Shown here one piece after another: positions 1 to 12,200 of a DNA stretch of 64,000 nt. Within the stretch, counting starts at the first letter, position 1. The number at the start of each line of letters is the position of its first letter. The translations under genes and the position numbers were made by a program. The notes beneath the pieces were generated by a model. That model saw nothing but the letters and a program-made list of their open reading frames with translations. It was not told where the DNA came from and made no database searches. The stretch spans positions 6,138,001 to 6,202,000 of the forward strand of contig OZ038378.1 in NCBI GenBank assembly GCA_964036045.1. The letters are read 5' to 3'. The stretch is from Eutreptiella sp. 'Long Island Sound 2002'. Its lineage: Eukaryota > Protista > Euglenida.

Positions 1-2090
1 TTTCCCCGACGGGGGCACATAACAACCTTTCTCCTCCAAGTTCCCGCGCTCAGTCCATCCTTTGGCGAGCGCAACACAAACCCCCTACCCTCTCCTTCAT
101 GCCTTTGCTGCGCGGACGGGGGTTGTGGGGGATGCGTGGGTGCACGGGGGAGTAGGATGTAGCGGGTGACGTGGGGTGGGCCTCTTACCGTCCCTGGCCG
201 CCCACTTCGTTGCGCGACTCCCCGGACCACCTCAACATAGGAGCGAGTTGTTGTTGGGTTGACGGTGGTGTCCCGTGTTGGGTGGAGGTGCGTAGGGCCC
301 CTTGCTGGCCCCCTTCTCCCGGCTTGGTCCGGGCGCTTGACGACGTGGTGCGTCCCTTTTCTGGTTGAGTTGCTACGCGAGGGAAGGAGTCTCTCCCCTG
401 CTCGCTTCTCAGTGCCAGCACGCTGGGACTTACTGCCGTGGTCACTCCCTTGAGAGCGCGGCCCCCGGTGGGCTTGCGTTGCCACATCGGGCATCTCGCT
501 GAGGCCCCATTGGACCCCCCGAGAAGAACTCGGTGCACGTGTAGAGTTCATTGTTTTGTTTTGGTCGGTGTTGGTCACCACCCTGGCTAAAAAAGTGCGG
601 GGGTTGCCTTCCCCCTGCCTGTTGTTTGGCCTTGCCCCCTACTCCGCCGGCGAGAAAGCTCGCTGCGCGTTGTGGTAGCCGGGGCGCATCCAATGGAGAC
701 TGCGGCGCCGTCTCCATTGGGCATGGGTCCAGAGGCCCGTCCACGGCCGTACCTCAGACCACATCGTTGTGCCTTGTTGCTGTATCACTGGGGGCCGCGG
801 CTCCCCAGTGTGAGTCTCGGTGGCTGGAGGATCCTCTCCTCCCCAGCAGAGCCATGTTGATGGTGTGAGACTCTCCTTTCCATCAGGCTTTTTGCTTTCA
901 TTGTTCTTCTTTCTTCACCCGGCGCCGGGTTGCCCGTCCCTTGGGTTCCTGGGTCGCTTGGCGCCCGGTCTCAGTCCCTCTTGCTTCAAGGCCTAGGCCA
1001 TGCCATGGTGCGTTCCGGGTCGCGCCTTTGTGCTCGGCACTGCGCTGCACAAGCTGCACCCCGTCACCTTGACGCCGTCGGAACTGTGCGACCGTGCGCT
1101 TCCACGCCCTCTTGTCACCCGCGGGTGGGGCTTGTCCGCTTCTCACTTGGCTTCCATCTTCTACTCCTTGTACAGCCGGATGCCTACTTGCTCGGCAATC
1201 ACGTTTGCCCTGTGCAAGTTTTGCATCAACCTGGTTGTGTCCTCCACTGTGAAGTTGATGCCCTCCCCGATGATGAACACCTCCGGCTCCCAACGTCTCA
1301 CCTCCGGCACCCATACCGTTGAGGCTAGCACTCGCACTTTGTACACCTGGTCTGGTGCCAATAAGTACATGTTGCTTCCTGCCTCGGGGTAGTCGGAGAA
1401 CCACCCTCTCCTCCTTTTCTCAGCGAGGATCCGGTCCGCTTGGATGGCGCGGACGTGGTGCGTGTGCCACCGGAACTTCTCATGGAACAAGAGGCGCCGG
1501 GTCCGTTGCGTTCCCGACCCCGGTGGCGGTGCGCCCTTCGGTGTACCCTCACCGTGGCTAGCCCCCATTCCACTCGCATGTTCGGAACGACCGGGCCTTT
1601 TGCTTCCCCACAAGAAAGACCAAAAACCCTCTCCATCGCCCTCCGTTTCTGGGTTTTTGGCACTTGGTGGCGCTTCCTCCGGGGCTGTTTGCCCCGCCGA
1701 ACTTGTGCTGTTGCAGAAATTGGATCGAAAGTATGTGGGGTTGAACTGGTAGTTGGTTGGTTCCTCCGCCGGCCTTGGCGGTGTCACCCCGGGCGCACTT
1801 TTCCATCCCTCGTAGCCGGAGGTCAACCTTTTGAACAGGTGGGTGGCTTTGGCCATGTTGTTCATGTTCTTGTCCGGATGTAACCGCAACACCCACTTTT
1901 TGTATGCGGCCTTCACTTCATCCATGGTGGGTGCACTACCCACTCCAATCTGTTCAAGAAAGCTCCATCCTTCAAAACCCGGGGGCAGCACCTCAACGGG
2001 CTCAACTACCTCCGGGACCACCTTCTTCTTGTCCACTTTTACTCGGCGCATCCCTCCCACTAACAACACTTGCACTTTGTCCTTGTAGAC
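1..2090 (-). mobile_element. Longest copy of the G-run-targeting retroposon family (family A), 5'-truncated, runs off the window start
   Basis: 1-1046 is near-identical to 21645-22746, which continues into the fixed family end at ~21201. The right boundary is a C6G11 run (2091-2107), the G-run-ending pattern seen at the TSDs of other copies. Confidence 0.75.
1161..2075 (-). CDS. Intronless J-domain (DnaJ) ORF inside the retroelement, probably a fragment of a longer disrupted frame
   Basis: Translation contains MDEVKAAYKKWVLRLHPDKN...ATHLFKRLTSGYE (J-domain helix II, HPD, helix III). The frame stays open upstream to the C/G junction (GVYKDKVQVLL...) and there is no strong native start. Confidence 0.7.
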   Translation of the reverse strand: MQVLLVGGMRRVKVDKKKVVPEVVEPVEVLPPGFEGWSFLEQIGVGSAPTMDEVKAAYKKWVLRLHPDKNMNNMAKATHLFKRLTSGYEGWKSAPGVTPPRPAEEPTNYQFNPTYFRSNFCNSTSSAGQTAPEEAPPSAKNPETEGDGEGFWSFLWGSKRPGRSEHASGMGASHGEGTPKGAPPPGSGTQRTRRLLFHEKFRWHTHHVRAIQADRILAEKRRRGWFSDYPEAGSNMYLLAPDQVYKVRVLASTVWVPEVRRWEPEVFIIGEGINFTVEDTTRLMQNLHRANVIAEQVGIRLYKE

Positions 2091-2299
2091 CCCCCCGGGG
2101 GGGGGGGATCTTTGAACAGTATCTCAGACTTCAAATCACCAGTACACCATCGGTATCACTGCAGGTCCACAGTGCTCCACAGTGCTCCTGCATGCTCTTC
2201 ATACCATGGGACAAGATTGCGAACAGGCAACTACACGGGGCCGCCACTTGAGACATTCCCCAAGTTCGATCAGAGAGTGCAAAGCTGAAACTCCCTACA

Positions 2300-4000
2300 A
2301 TTCAGAAACGAGGGATGCAGAGGGCTACAGCTTTGTCATTTAAGGCAAGCTCAGACAAAATGGATGCAATATTTGGTCCAGACTCGTCAGTGTCTTGCTC
2401 CTGCCCTCTCTTCTGGTTCCTGGGGGTTGCCAGAACCCACCAAAAACTTAGTCTTGAGCAGGCGACATGTCTTGAACACGTATTCACGCGTACCACTCAC
2501 AAACATGCGTTCAGCAACCTCTGCCCTTGTCTCAAAGGATCTACACCCTGTGTGCGCCGTGCAGCACACAGTTCAACACTATTACCCAGAAAAGCCCCCT
2601 GCAAAGATAAACCCCAAAAATAGACACATGAAACACGGGGGTCCCCTGTATTGTGCCTTGTGTGTGCCCTACACGCCTTTGCCACCTCCAATGAAGATTA
2701 CAGCACACGACAAAGAATGAGGAAATGCATCTCATTGTGGTGCGCCTCACATGCAATGCAAGAGGCACAGCGGCTCACCAATTCTGGAGACATGATTGCC
2801 ACATCTGGAGTATCAACTGGCTGTGCCCACCACCACAACCCTGAATGGAAAGCATTCAACAGAACCAACCTTGCAACCTAGCATTTCCTACTCCAAAGCC
2901 ACATTGGTCTTTCACTGTGGACAGGATGAGAAACATCATGAGAAGTGAGCCAAGGAGTTGCAAAAGAGCAGGAACCACAGATGATGACATGTTGTCATGA
3001 CATCATGGCATGGATCGCAGTGCTGCCCACGTGTGGATGCCACAATGAAACTGCATTGGTCAAAGCAGGAGGAGGGGTCATCCATGAGAGCATGATGGTC
3101 CTGGTATGGACAACCCAACACATGCAAAGCAAAGGCTGGGGTCATCGACTCCTTCCTCTGCCAAATTGTTGCCAGCAAAAGTTTTGTTGGCCTCCAAATA
3201 TACATGTTCACCCCCTACTTCAGGGGAGCGGTGTCATGGCAAAGCCACAGGCCGTGATGATCTAACATGCTGGTCTGCAAGGAGTGTTTGGCAAAACATC
3301 TCCTAATTTCCAACAGAGGTGAAAACCACCTGTGATGGTGGCAATGGTGACAATGGGGAAGGTGAGCCGCTGATGGCAACACACTCATGGGAGGATGAGA
3401 GGCCCCCAACAGTGGCAGGCACACGTTCCCGTGTGGTGCCTCTCAGGTAAAACACAAAACTAACATATTTGAATCTACAAGGTGCCCTGCTGCCCAATCT
3501 TGGACCCCAACATTCTTGATTCCACCCAAACACAACAATTGGGCACCCATTTGTGAATGCCAAGGCCCCTATGGGGGAGCCCTTGCACTGCGCGCTAACT
3601 TTTTAGACCAAGTTCCCCCTGAAGAGTCCCCAAGCACACCCCTTCCAAACGCCCTTATATCACCCCTGCCTCAGGGGCATGTCCCATTGTAGACCCTGGG
3701 AGACCTCCTTCACTGGGGGCGGGAGGTGGTCCATCTTCCACGAATGGGGGTGGGAGGATGGACCAGGGGTGCTAGGTATGGCTGTCTAGCATAGCCCCGT
3801 TGCCGACCATCTCGGGATGACGGCTTGGTACGTCTTGGCTAGATCAAGCCCGTGAGGTCACCTTCGATTATTGTACTTGAACGTGATATAGCACTTGGAG
3901 AGGATGCTGGATTGTCCCTCGGCCTTGATCATCATCCTGAGGTCCGGCATCAGCCGTGCCTGCTTGGGGTCCCCATGATGGGGGGTTAAGAACAAGGATA
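2300..4000 (-). pseudogene. Decayed coding-like sequence of unknown family (possible old transposon)
   Basis: Short minus-strand protein-like stretches broken by stops (e.g. ...MPDLRMMIKAEGQSSILSKCYITFKYNNRR*, DDPSSCFDQCSFIVASTRGQHCDPCH); no diagnostic motif. Confidence 0.25.
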
Positions 4001-4690
4001 CATCACCTCTGCCTTCTTGAGGTCCCATGGTGGGGAGAAATCAACCTAGGAAAGAGTGGATGTGGTGGAAATGAGCAAAAGGAAGTGAAAAAAAAAATGG
4101 AAATGGGTGAAACTAGGTGAAAATCCAAAAATCCCATATCCCCAATGTGGAAGAAGTACCAAAACGTACTCTCAAACAAGAATGATGCCCCCCTAGTATC
4201 ACAAAGTATGGGTCTCTAGTACGGCCACATGCCCAAATCGTTGCACTGCGCTTGCACTATGCTAAGTGCGCCCCCTATGACCACTGTTGGGCAACAACTC
4301 ATGGTACCACCCTTCTACGCCAACCGGGCCTCAGTCACACCCCGCGGTCGCACCGCGCACACCGCGCGTGAGGCACCCTCACAGCAACATACAACGCATG
4401 TGCCAAACATCTGCAGAAGCCACTCAGATACAACTTTAACACAATACATTGCCTCTGCGCCTTAATTCTACGTCGGTACCTCGTCTGTTTTCTGTGTCCA
4501 CTCTACTCGCTCCTTCTCTTACACAACCCTCTCACACTCTCCATATACATGCCGGCTGCTGTCTTGTGGCACCCTACCGGGTGCTGCATCCGACACACTT
4601 TGACCGCAGTACAAGTCCATGCATATTTCCTTGCTCCCACAATGAGCTGTGTGTCTTTCCATTCCCTCACATTTTCGTCCTCACCCCTAG

Positions 4691-6490
4691 GTGCATGCCC
4701 TCTCTGATCAGGATCTGTGTCTTGATCAGGATCTGTGTCCGCGTCATTTCTCTCGGAAAAATTCCTCCAAGCACACTGCTGCACAACCTGTCTTTGTCTC
4801 GACCAGCAATTTGTTGCCAGCAAGACAAAATTACTCTACCACCACCAACACAGCCATCTGCTCTGCACAAAAACAGCTGTTGGCAAGGATGACCGATGAA
4901 CAAATTCAGATTCAGATTGCCCCTGAGCAGAATCTGAATGATGATGCCTGACAAAACCATCGCGGCTCAGACAAAGCCCACGCATCATATGAGAGCCTTG
5001 GTTCCAAGAATGACAGCCTCACCTCAATGACACATCTATGATGTTTTGGACAAAGGGGGGGGGCGAATCTTGGAGCTTTTGTTTCATGAGAAGTGTGCAC
5101 ATGTCCTCCACTTATAGAACGAACCATCAGAAGGGGTTCTAAGTTGACTGCATTTGGGGATGCAAAGTGCGATAAAGGGCATCACACTGCACACACATGA
5201 TGCAGTCCACCAGTTAGAAAATCGTCGATTCCTTTGGTGGAAATCACCTCAAGATTAATCTGTCACCCCTCATGTTGCACTGGCGCGCGTTGTGCATGCA
5301 CTGTGCTGTTGTGCCCCACTATCACCAACGCAACTGCATATTTATCAGAAGAAAGCAGCTGCCCTTGTGCAGCACATGGAGGTTGTATGTTGGAGAAAAT
5401 CACTGCAGGCGTCAAACTAAGGCCTGTAGTGCTGGGTTGGGGAGCAGGGGTGCCCACCCTGCGTGTGAGCCCACTTTACAAATGCCACTGGGATGCTGCG
5501 CCCAGACAAGGCTATGCCTGTGCAGGGTTTGGTGGAGATAAAGCTTTGTGTGATGAACACTGCGTTGTCAATGGAAGCACAGCTCACGTGGATTCATCTA
5601 CCACCCTGCTGTGAGCCACATGGTGTCCAACCTCACTGTCTCATGGATCTCAACAAGAAGACGGCAATGAAGTATGAGCTAGGACCTCTGGTGGTAAGAA
5701 AGACAAGGACCTGCAGGTTCATGATTGGTCAACACCAGCCTGAACAGAGGGAGAGGCAACTTGAATTGAGTTCCGGCATAGTGCACAGCAGCTTCCATGG
5801 CAATAGAGGCACAGGAATTAACTGGTCTCAGTCATGGAACTGCACGAAGTTGCTTTGCTAGTGAAGCGACGAAGCGCGCTACAGCCCAACCAATACCTTG
5901 TCAAACAGCGTGGATGTTGCAACAACAAGGATTCGGGCAGACCCCAGAGCTGTGCCAGAAAGGGATTTGTTCGGCCTGCTTGGTGCCAGTCTGCTCTGCT
6001 GATGTGCAGATACACAACACACGATGCTGCACACAAGCACTGTGCAAAGGACCCACGTGTTTACGCTGAGGGGATTCTTATCAAAATTCCTGCATCTGCT
6101 GGGCCTCACTGGGGAGACATATTGTGGAGGACCTTGCCACGACGTGCAAGCGCACCGTGCGTGCCACGCGTGCACACCTGGCGACAGTGTCACCCGCACT
6201 GTCCGCACTGTCCCAGATGCATTGGCTCGGAAACCACGACTGCATACGGTCTCCTCAAGCAAACCCTTCTCCTCGCAGAGAGGGGGAGCAAGATGTTCCA
6301 AACGGTTCAGAACAAGGGGGCACCATCCGGCAGAGACTGCGCAAATGCAGTGATTCGGACTGTCAGAACTGTCAGAAGCGCGCACACTCAGGAATGTATG
6401 GCAGGGCTGATAAGCACAGTGTCAGCCACACCAAGAGGGCCTCATCAGAATTGGTGCCCGACAACTGCCACTTCCGGCAATTTGACGTGA
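4691..6490 (+). pseudogene. Decayed Cys-rich reading frame
   Basis: ORFs 4691-4951, 5234-5614 and 5834-6490 are in the same frame, separated by scattered stops; Cys/His-rich; no splice structure found. Confidence 0.3.
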
Positions 6491-8132
6491 CAAATTGCAG
6501 GATGCCCTGTCACGCTTGCAAATACGGCGAGGACTATGAGCACAAACGAAAATATCATTCAGCAACTTCATCAGGATATGGAACAACTCTAAGCGCATAG
6601 CCACGCGACCCTACCCCCTTTGATGCTGTGCGGTGGGTGCCTTGGCCAAAGCGTTTGTTGTTGTGGAACTGAAGAAAATAACAGCGTCACGGGTCTGAGC
6701 AGCATCTGAACAACGAAGGCTCTGCTGCGTGAGAACAACTTTTACATTGTCTGGGTAAAATACGGTGAAATGAGATCCTCTAGTTCGCGCTCAGGTGTCC
6801 CCATTTCCAAGTGGCAAAAACACCATCCAAAATACAGTGCCCACAATCACAACACGCCGTGATGCTTGAACACCGCAGAATACATCATTTGGTGCCGTGA
6901 TCCATCAATTAAACGCTTCAGATATTGTCAGCGAAAGCATAGGGTAAGGGAGATATACGCGGGCCTCACGTTTGAACATCGCTCATGTTTGACTGTCACA
7001 TGCAATACTCTGACATAAAGGAGACTGTGGTGGATTTCCCCCCATCATTTCCTCCCAACAAGCAATTCAGAGTGCAACACAGCCCCAAACACTCAGGGCT
7101 GAGGATACAGTGCTCCAACATAAATGACCATGTGCATACACTTCCATCATTTGACCAGTTGCTTGTCCATGGAACTTAAAATTTCAAATGGAAAAACATT
7201 GGGGTTCAGGAAGCAAAGAAGCCTCAGGTTCACAGGTATCCTACCTGTTCAACTCCCTGAGACACTACAACGGGCCAGACCCACCCCATCCAGGTTAGCG
7301 TCATTGACCGCTGCTTGTCATGTGTGTACATGGCACCACTACAGCTAGCGTATGAATACAACTTGAGCCCATCTGGTTGTCCTTGGTACTGGTACACGTG
7401 AGGAGCCTATTTATCTGTTATGCATAAGTGTCCATACAGACCGTCACTCGAACGAGTGTGGGTCGCTTCCCCCTCGGGGCAGGGATCCCTTGTGACTCAT
7501 CCTGGAATATTGGGGTTCAGTAAGCGGAGGAGTCTGCAGGAACCGAGGCTACAAGCAAACAAATTGGACATCGAAGCAGGTCCAATCCATATTTCTCTTT
7601 CCTCCCTCATGACAAGAAAACCCGCATGAGGCCAACCCAGAACCACAACTGATGCACAGGATGTTGCCATCATACTCAGCAGCCATTTGCAACCCGGCCC
7701 CATGTAAGCAAATGGATATTTGCTGTTTACTCTGCTGACTCTTGGCAGCAGCAGACACTTCACATGTAAATGCAATACGCTGAACATGACGGCCCAAGGA
7801 AGGAAGGAAAGCATATTTAGGAGCTCAACCCTTGGACCATTGCCCTCGTGTGCTCTCCCAATTGCTTGAGAGTAACCACATGGACGGTTCAACACAAAAT
7901 TCTGCAGGAAAATTGTGGCTGGACTGCTCCAGAGACTTCGCTGGTAAAGCCACACTCAGCAATGAAGTGGTGGGATTTTCTGCCAAAAGAGACTGCACTC
8001 CAATCGGTGGCTGGTACAGTGAAACTGATATATACACCTGATATGTTATCAAAAGCCAAAGCAAATCCTGAGAGGGGGGGGTTTACCCTAGAGAAAAGGG
8101 CGTGCTGGTTGCGTAGAGAATGAGCTTCCTGC

Positions 8133-8378
8133 ATAAATCCATGTAGTGTTTTAGATGTGCACATGGTGTTTGAGAGAAGTAGCGCGTGGCGTTTCTGTAG
8201 GTATCCGGCGCCCGTGTCAAAGTGTGCTAGCGAGGAAGCCTCGGTTGCACATGTCATAAATCCATGTGGTGTTTTAGATGTGCACATGGTGTTTGAGAGA
8301 AGTAGCGCGTGGCGTTTCTGTAGGTATCCGGCGCCCGTGTCAAAGTGTGCTAGCGAGGAAGCCTCGGTTGCACATGTC
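8133..8378. repeat. Tandem duplication, 2 x 123 bp
   Basis: ATAAATCCATGT...GGTTGCACATGTC at 8133-8255 and 8256-8378, nearly identical. Confidence 0.9.
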
Positions 8379-9154
8379 AGAGCTGGTGTAGGTAGCTGTG
8401 ACTACAGAAAGTACAGGACCCGAAGGGCCATGTACCGCTTATGCCAATCCCTGCTGTCATCCGACATCACAATGCAAAAGCATCTGCCATCGTTTGCAAG
8501 TAAATAAAAAAGAGGAAAGAAAGCATTTTGAGGAGCATAGATCTTGGAGAAAAAACTCGGTGTTGCCCATCCACTGTCAGGTGTCATTGACACCGTCTAG
8601 CGTTTTGGAGCAGGGATAGTACGGAGCATTTTTGCTGTTACCAACAATTTAGGCCTGCCCCTGCAATCGGATCAAACAAATGTGCCAATTCATCACACCC
8701 CTGCCGTGCAGCGCACACACAGCATGGTGCATGCAGCTTCAAGGTTACTGCACCACCGTCATACTTCAGCTGATGACAGTTTCTCAATGGCAGTCTGTGG
8801 CACTTCTTCAAGGTGTTGCCAATGCTCTCGGGTGAGAAGAATGTCTCGTGCGTGCGACTGATGAGTGCACCTGTGTGTGTGGCATGCAGGAGCCTGAAAA
8901 AAGCCTTCTGGAGGAGGAGGAGGAGGAGATGCGGTCCCCCGGTAGGGCGCCCCCGCGGCACATCCCCATGGTGCCCGCCGGCCCTCATCGGTCTGGCCGG
9001 CGACCGAGAGGGGGGTGCTGTCCCGACCCGTCCGGCTAAGCATCATGGCGGCGGCTCTCCTCTTCGTCTCCTCCCCTTGTCCCCTGGCCCGCACAACGCG
9101 CATGCACTCCCGCCCTACACGTTGCTGGATCCCCCCAGGGGCACGGAATGGGGG

Positions 9155-9268
9155 TTTTGGCATGACGCCATGGTGTGATGATCTCGTCTGCAGCTGGCGG
9201 CGCCTACTGGCCGATCGCCATTCGCTGCCCTTCCCTTGGACCCTTTCCCTCCATAGGCGGTGGTGCCC
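9155..9268 (-). mobile_element. Truncated family A retroposon copy with 12-bp TSD
   Basis: TTTTGGCATGACGCC...GGTGGTGCCC flanked by ACGGAATGGGGG at 9143-9154 and 9276-9287 (7-bp filler). Confidence 0.85.
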
Positions 9269-12200
9269 GGACGGAACGGAATGGGGGGCGAGGCAGAGCG
9301 CCGGCTCCACTTCCGGCACGGTCCGCCACCCCCCCACGGGAAAGGGGACGCCGTCTCACGGGTGTGGGCCCTTAGCCCGCCGGGTACTACTGACTGGGCG
9401 GCGTTTGGCCGGCAGGTCTCGGGGGCTTGGTCCGTAGCCCGATCCCCCCCCCCCCCCCGTACCGCACAGCACTCCTGCCGGAGTCATCCGCGCGTTCTGG
9501 CCTGTTGGATCTGTTGGGCCTCTGGCCACCATCATTTGTCCTATGCGCAACCAGATGAAAAGCCAACTCTACTGTGGGAAAGTAGACAGACGCCCACGGA
9601 GTGCCCGTGGTGCTTCATTCGCCAACTAAACCAACGTGAGGCAATGCCACTGCAATGTAATCCTGTGGTGCACCCTTTTACACACCAGCAGTACGTTACA
9701 ATAAGACTGGTTAAGGGCTCGTGTACTACATCATCCGAAAGTATTGGATGGCGCAATATCCTGGTGAATTTGCACGAATGGCTCAAAATTAATACATCGA
9801 AATGCCCCACAGTCTGAGTGTTCATGCGTTGCTGCAATCGGGGGTATACGCTTCTCACTCTGCAAAATCCAACAGCTGCATATGCGCTTTCAGGGTAGGA
9901 TCACACGATCACACGATCACACGATCAAATGATGAAGCAAAGACAGACATGGATGACTCTGATGCCGCAGGACCACAAGAGAAAAATTTGCAGTGCACTG
10001 CTCTTGAGACTTTTAAAGCGGGTGCTTCGTGTTTGTGAAACGGTACGGCTCTGTCCGCAGCCACTTGACCAAACACCAGGGGAGCAGGCCTATACCATGC
10101 AGAGAGGCTCTGAAGGTGGACGGCTATGCACTGTCTGCGTACTGCGTGCACATATGTTGCTGGAACCCATACTGCATATCCATGAAAACTGGGATCTCCC
10201 CACAAGAAAATGCCCCAAACCACAATTCACCATCCTTTTCATCTTCTCCGGAGGCATCCTCATCTGCCCATGACCCATGCTGCCGGTTTATACCCAGAGC
10301 AGAGTGGGGCTTTGAGTGGGTTCCTGATACCTCGACCAGTGATGTGCCAGTGGAGGCATGTTCCCCCTGCATATTTACAAACTTATGGCGTGATATGCAG
10401 TGGCAAACAGACGACAACTTGTGCCTGCACAACCGAGCACGGCAGAGCACAGCATGCGCTGTACCTCATCTGCCTGCAAGTGGCAGCGCACAGGCACAGC
10501 CATCACGTACCCAGGGAGAGTGACCTTCCCTGGACGCTTGCACTCCAGTGGCGCCTGCAAGTATTCCACTTGTTTACAGCAAAAAAAACCTTCTGTTTGT
10601 GTACACGCACAAAATGGTTCCGTAAAATTGGCACGCGCCAGTACCTGCATCATTATCCCAAGCGGCAAGAAAGCCTCAATGGAACACTGTACTGTAACCC
10701 AGACAATGTTGTGGCGACATGTTTTCTATTGCATCAGTTGATGGCAAAGACTCTGTGATGAACGCTGACAGGCTACACTACAACTGTACTAGCTTTTTGG
10801 TTCTGCAGTGACACTTGCGTTCTACTGCGATATTTCGTTTTGTTGCCACATGACTGAAGAAGATGGTACTCTCTCTTGAACGAGCTGTTGGGGCAAGCCA
10901 GCCACCATGCGTCAAAATTCAAATGACTAGTTCCTGCACTACTGACCTTTTTCTTGGCAGAGCCCCACAGTCACAAGGGACGGCAGAACAGCTCCGAGCT
11001 GTGCATCAGACCGGTCTGCCATTGTCTGCATGGTGCGAAACACATATCACTGCAGTGAGACTTCCATCCAATGCAGAAAGAAGTTCCTCAGAGGGTTTTC
11101 GGGGGAATGACAGAGGTGAGAGCAGAGGCTGGTGTCAATTGGTTTTGAAATGTGTTGGGCAAGGGGTTCTTTTCTGTGTTTGTCTTGTCAGTTCGTGCAA
11201 TTTTCTTGCCATCTGGGATGCTTTTTGGCAGAATGTGTGGTGGTCAGGAGCCCCTTTCCCAACACCTTGAGTCCCACCCCTGGTCCAGCCAGCCCATACC
11301 AACGACCTGCAAAACACACCAGTAGTGAGAGGATTGGTCCTGATTCGCGATTTTGTATTACAAACTCGCGAATTGGAGTTGTCAGGTAGTCTCAGGCTAT
11401 CAAGTTGGAGCATTTTTAACCTGAAGCACCTCCTTCCGTCAACACATATTTTCTTGTGTGCCCTGTCGCAGTATTTTCTTCGGCTTCGCTTGCACTGTCC
11501 TGGAATTTCTGGATTGTTCTGGTACCGCAGGCAGGTTTTCAGGCAGGAAAAGTTGGACAAGCCAACAATTGCATTCAGTACTGAGACTGGGGGCTGCAGA
11601 CATCAAGAACTGCATGCACTACCAACAGCCAAAAAAGAGGGGCAGGGGCTGCACGGTTGTGAATATTTCAATGGTGCCGTTCCTATGGGCTGACAAGAGG
11701 ATTGTGTGAGCATTGCATGCGGTCCAGCATGTGACATCCTTTGTCAAGTCAAACGTGCTGCGTCAACGCGCCTGGGCTACGTGACTTCACAACCCTCCGA
11801 CAACAATGCAGCAATTTCCCTTGTTGGGGGCAAAAATTGAGGTCGGTCAGACCAACGGCGACCACATCCATTTGCAAATCAGCGGCGAATGGCTCAGCTG
11901 GGCACTGCTGATCGCAGAGAAGGTACACTGATATGTTGAATACCAGGATGGACTGGCACCTACCTGCTGGTAGCATTGTTGAAAACCGCTTTTTTTTATT
12001 TGCAGAAACGACAACAGAGGAAACAAGGGGCTGGAACTCAGAACACAAAGGGAAGACGAGTGCTGTAAAGGTCGGACTTGCTATTAAGAAACCACTTTAT
12101 AAGGCATGAGGCTCCATTTTGAACTTGATAAGTAAGAAAATGGCCTAGATTTAGAAATGTTTGCGTAGAACACGCTGTGAGGCTCGGCCTTTGAAATATG

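Noticed and set aside
6985-8123. RNase H- or integrase-like words (HMDGS…AG, DFAG)
   Set aside because: Isolated short matches with no conserved spacing or neighbouring motifs.
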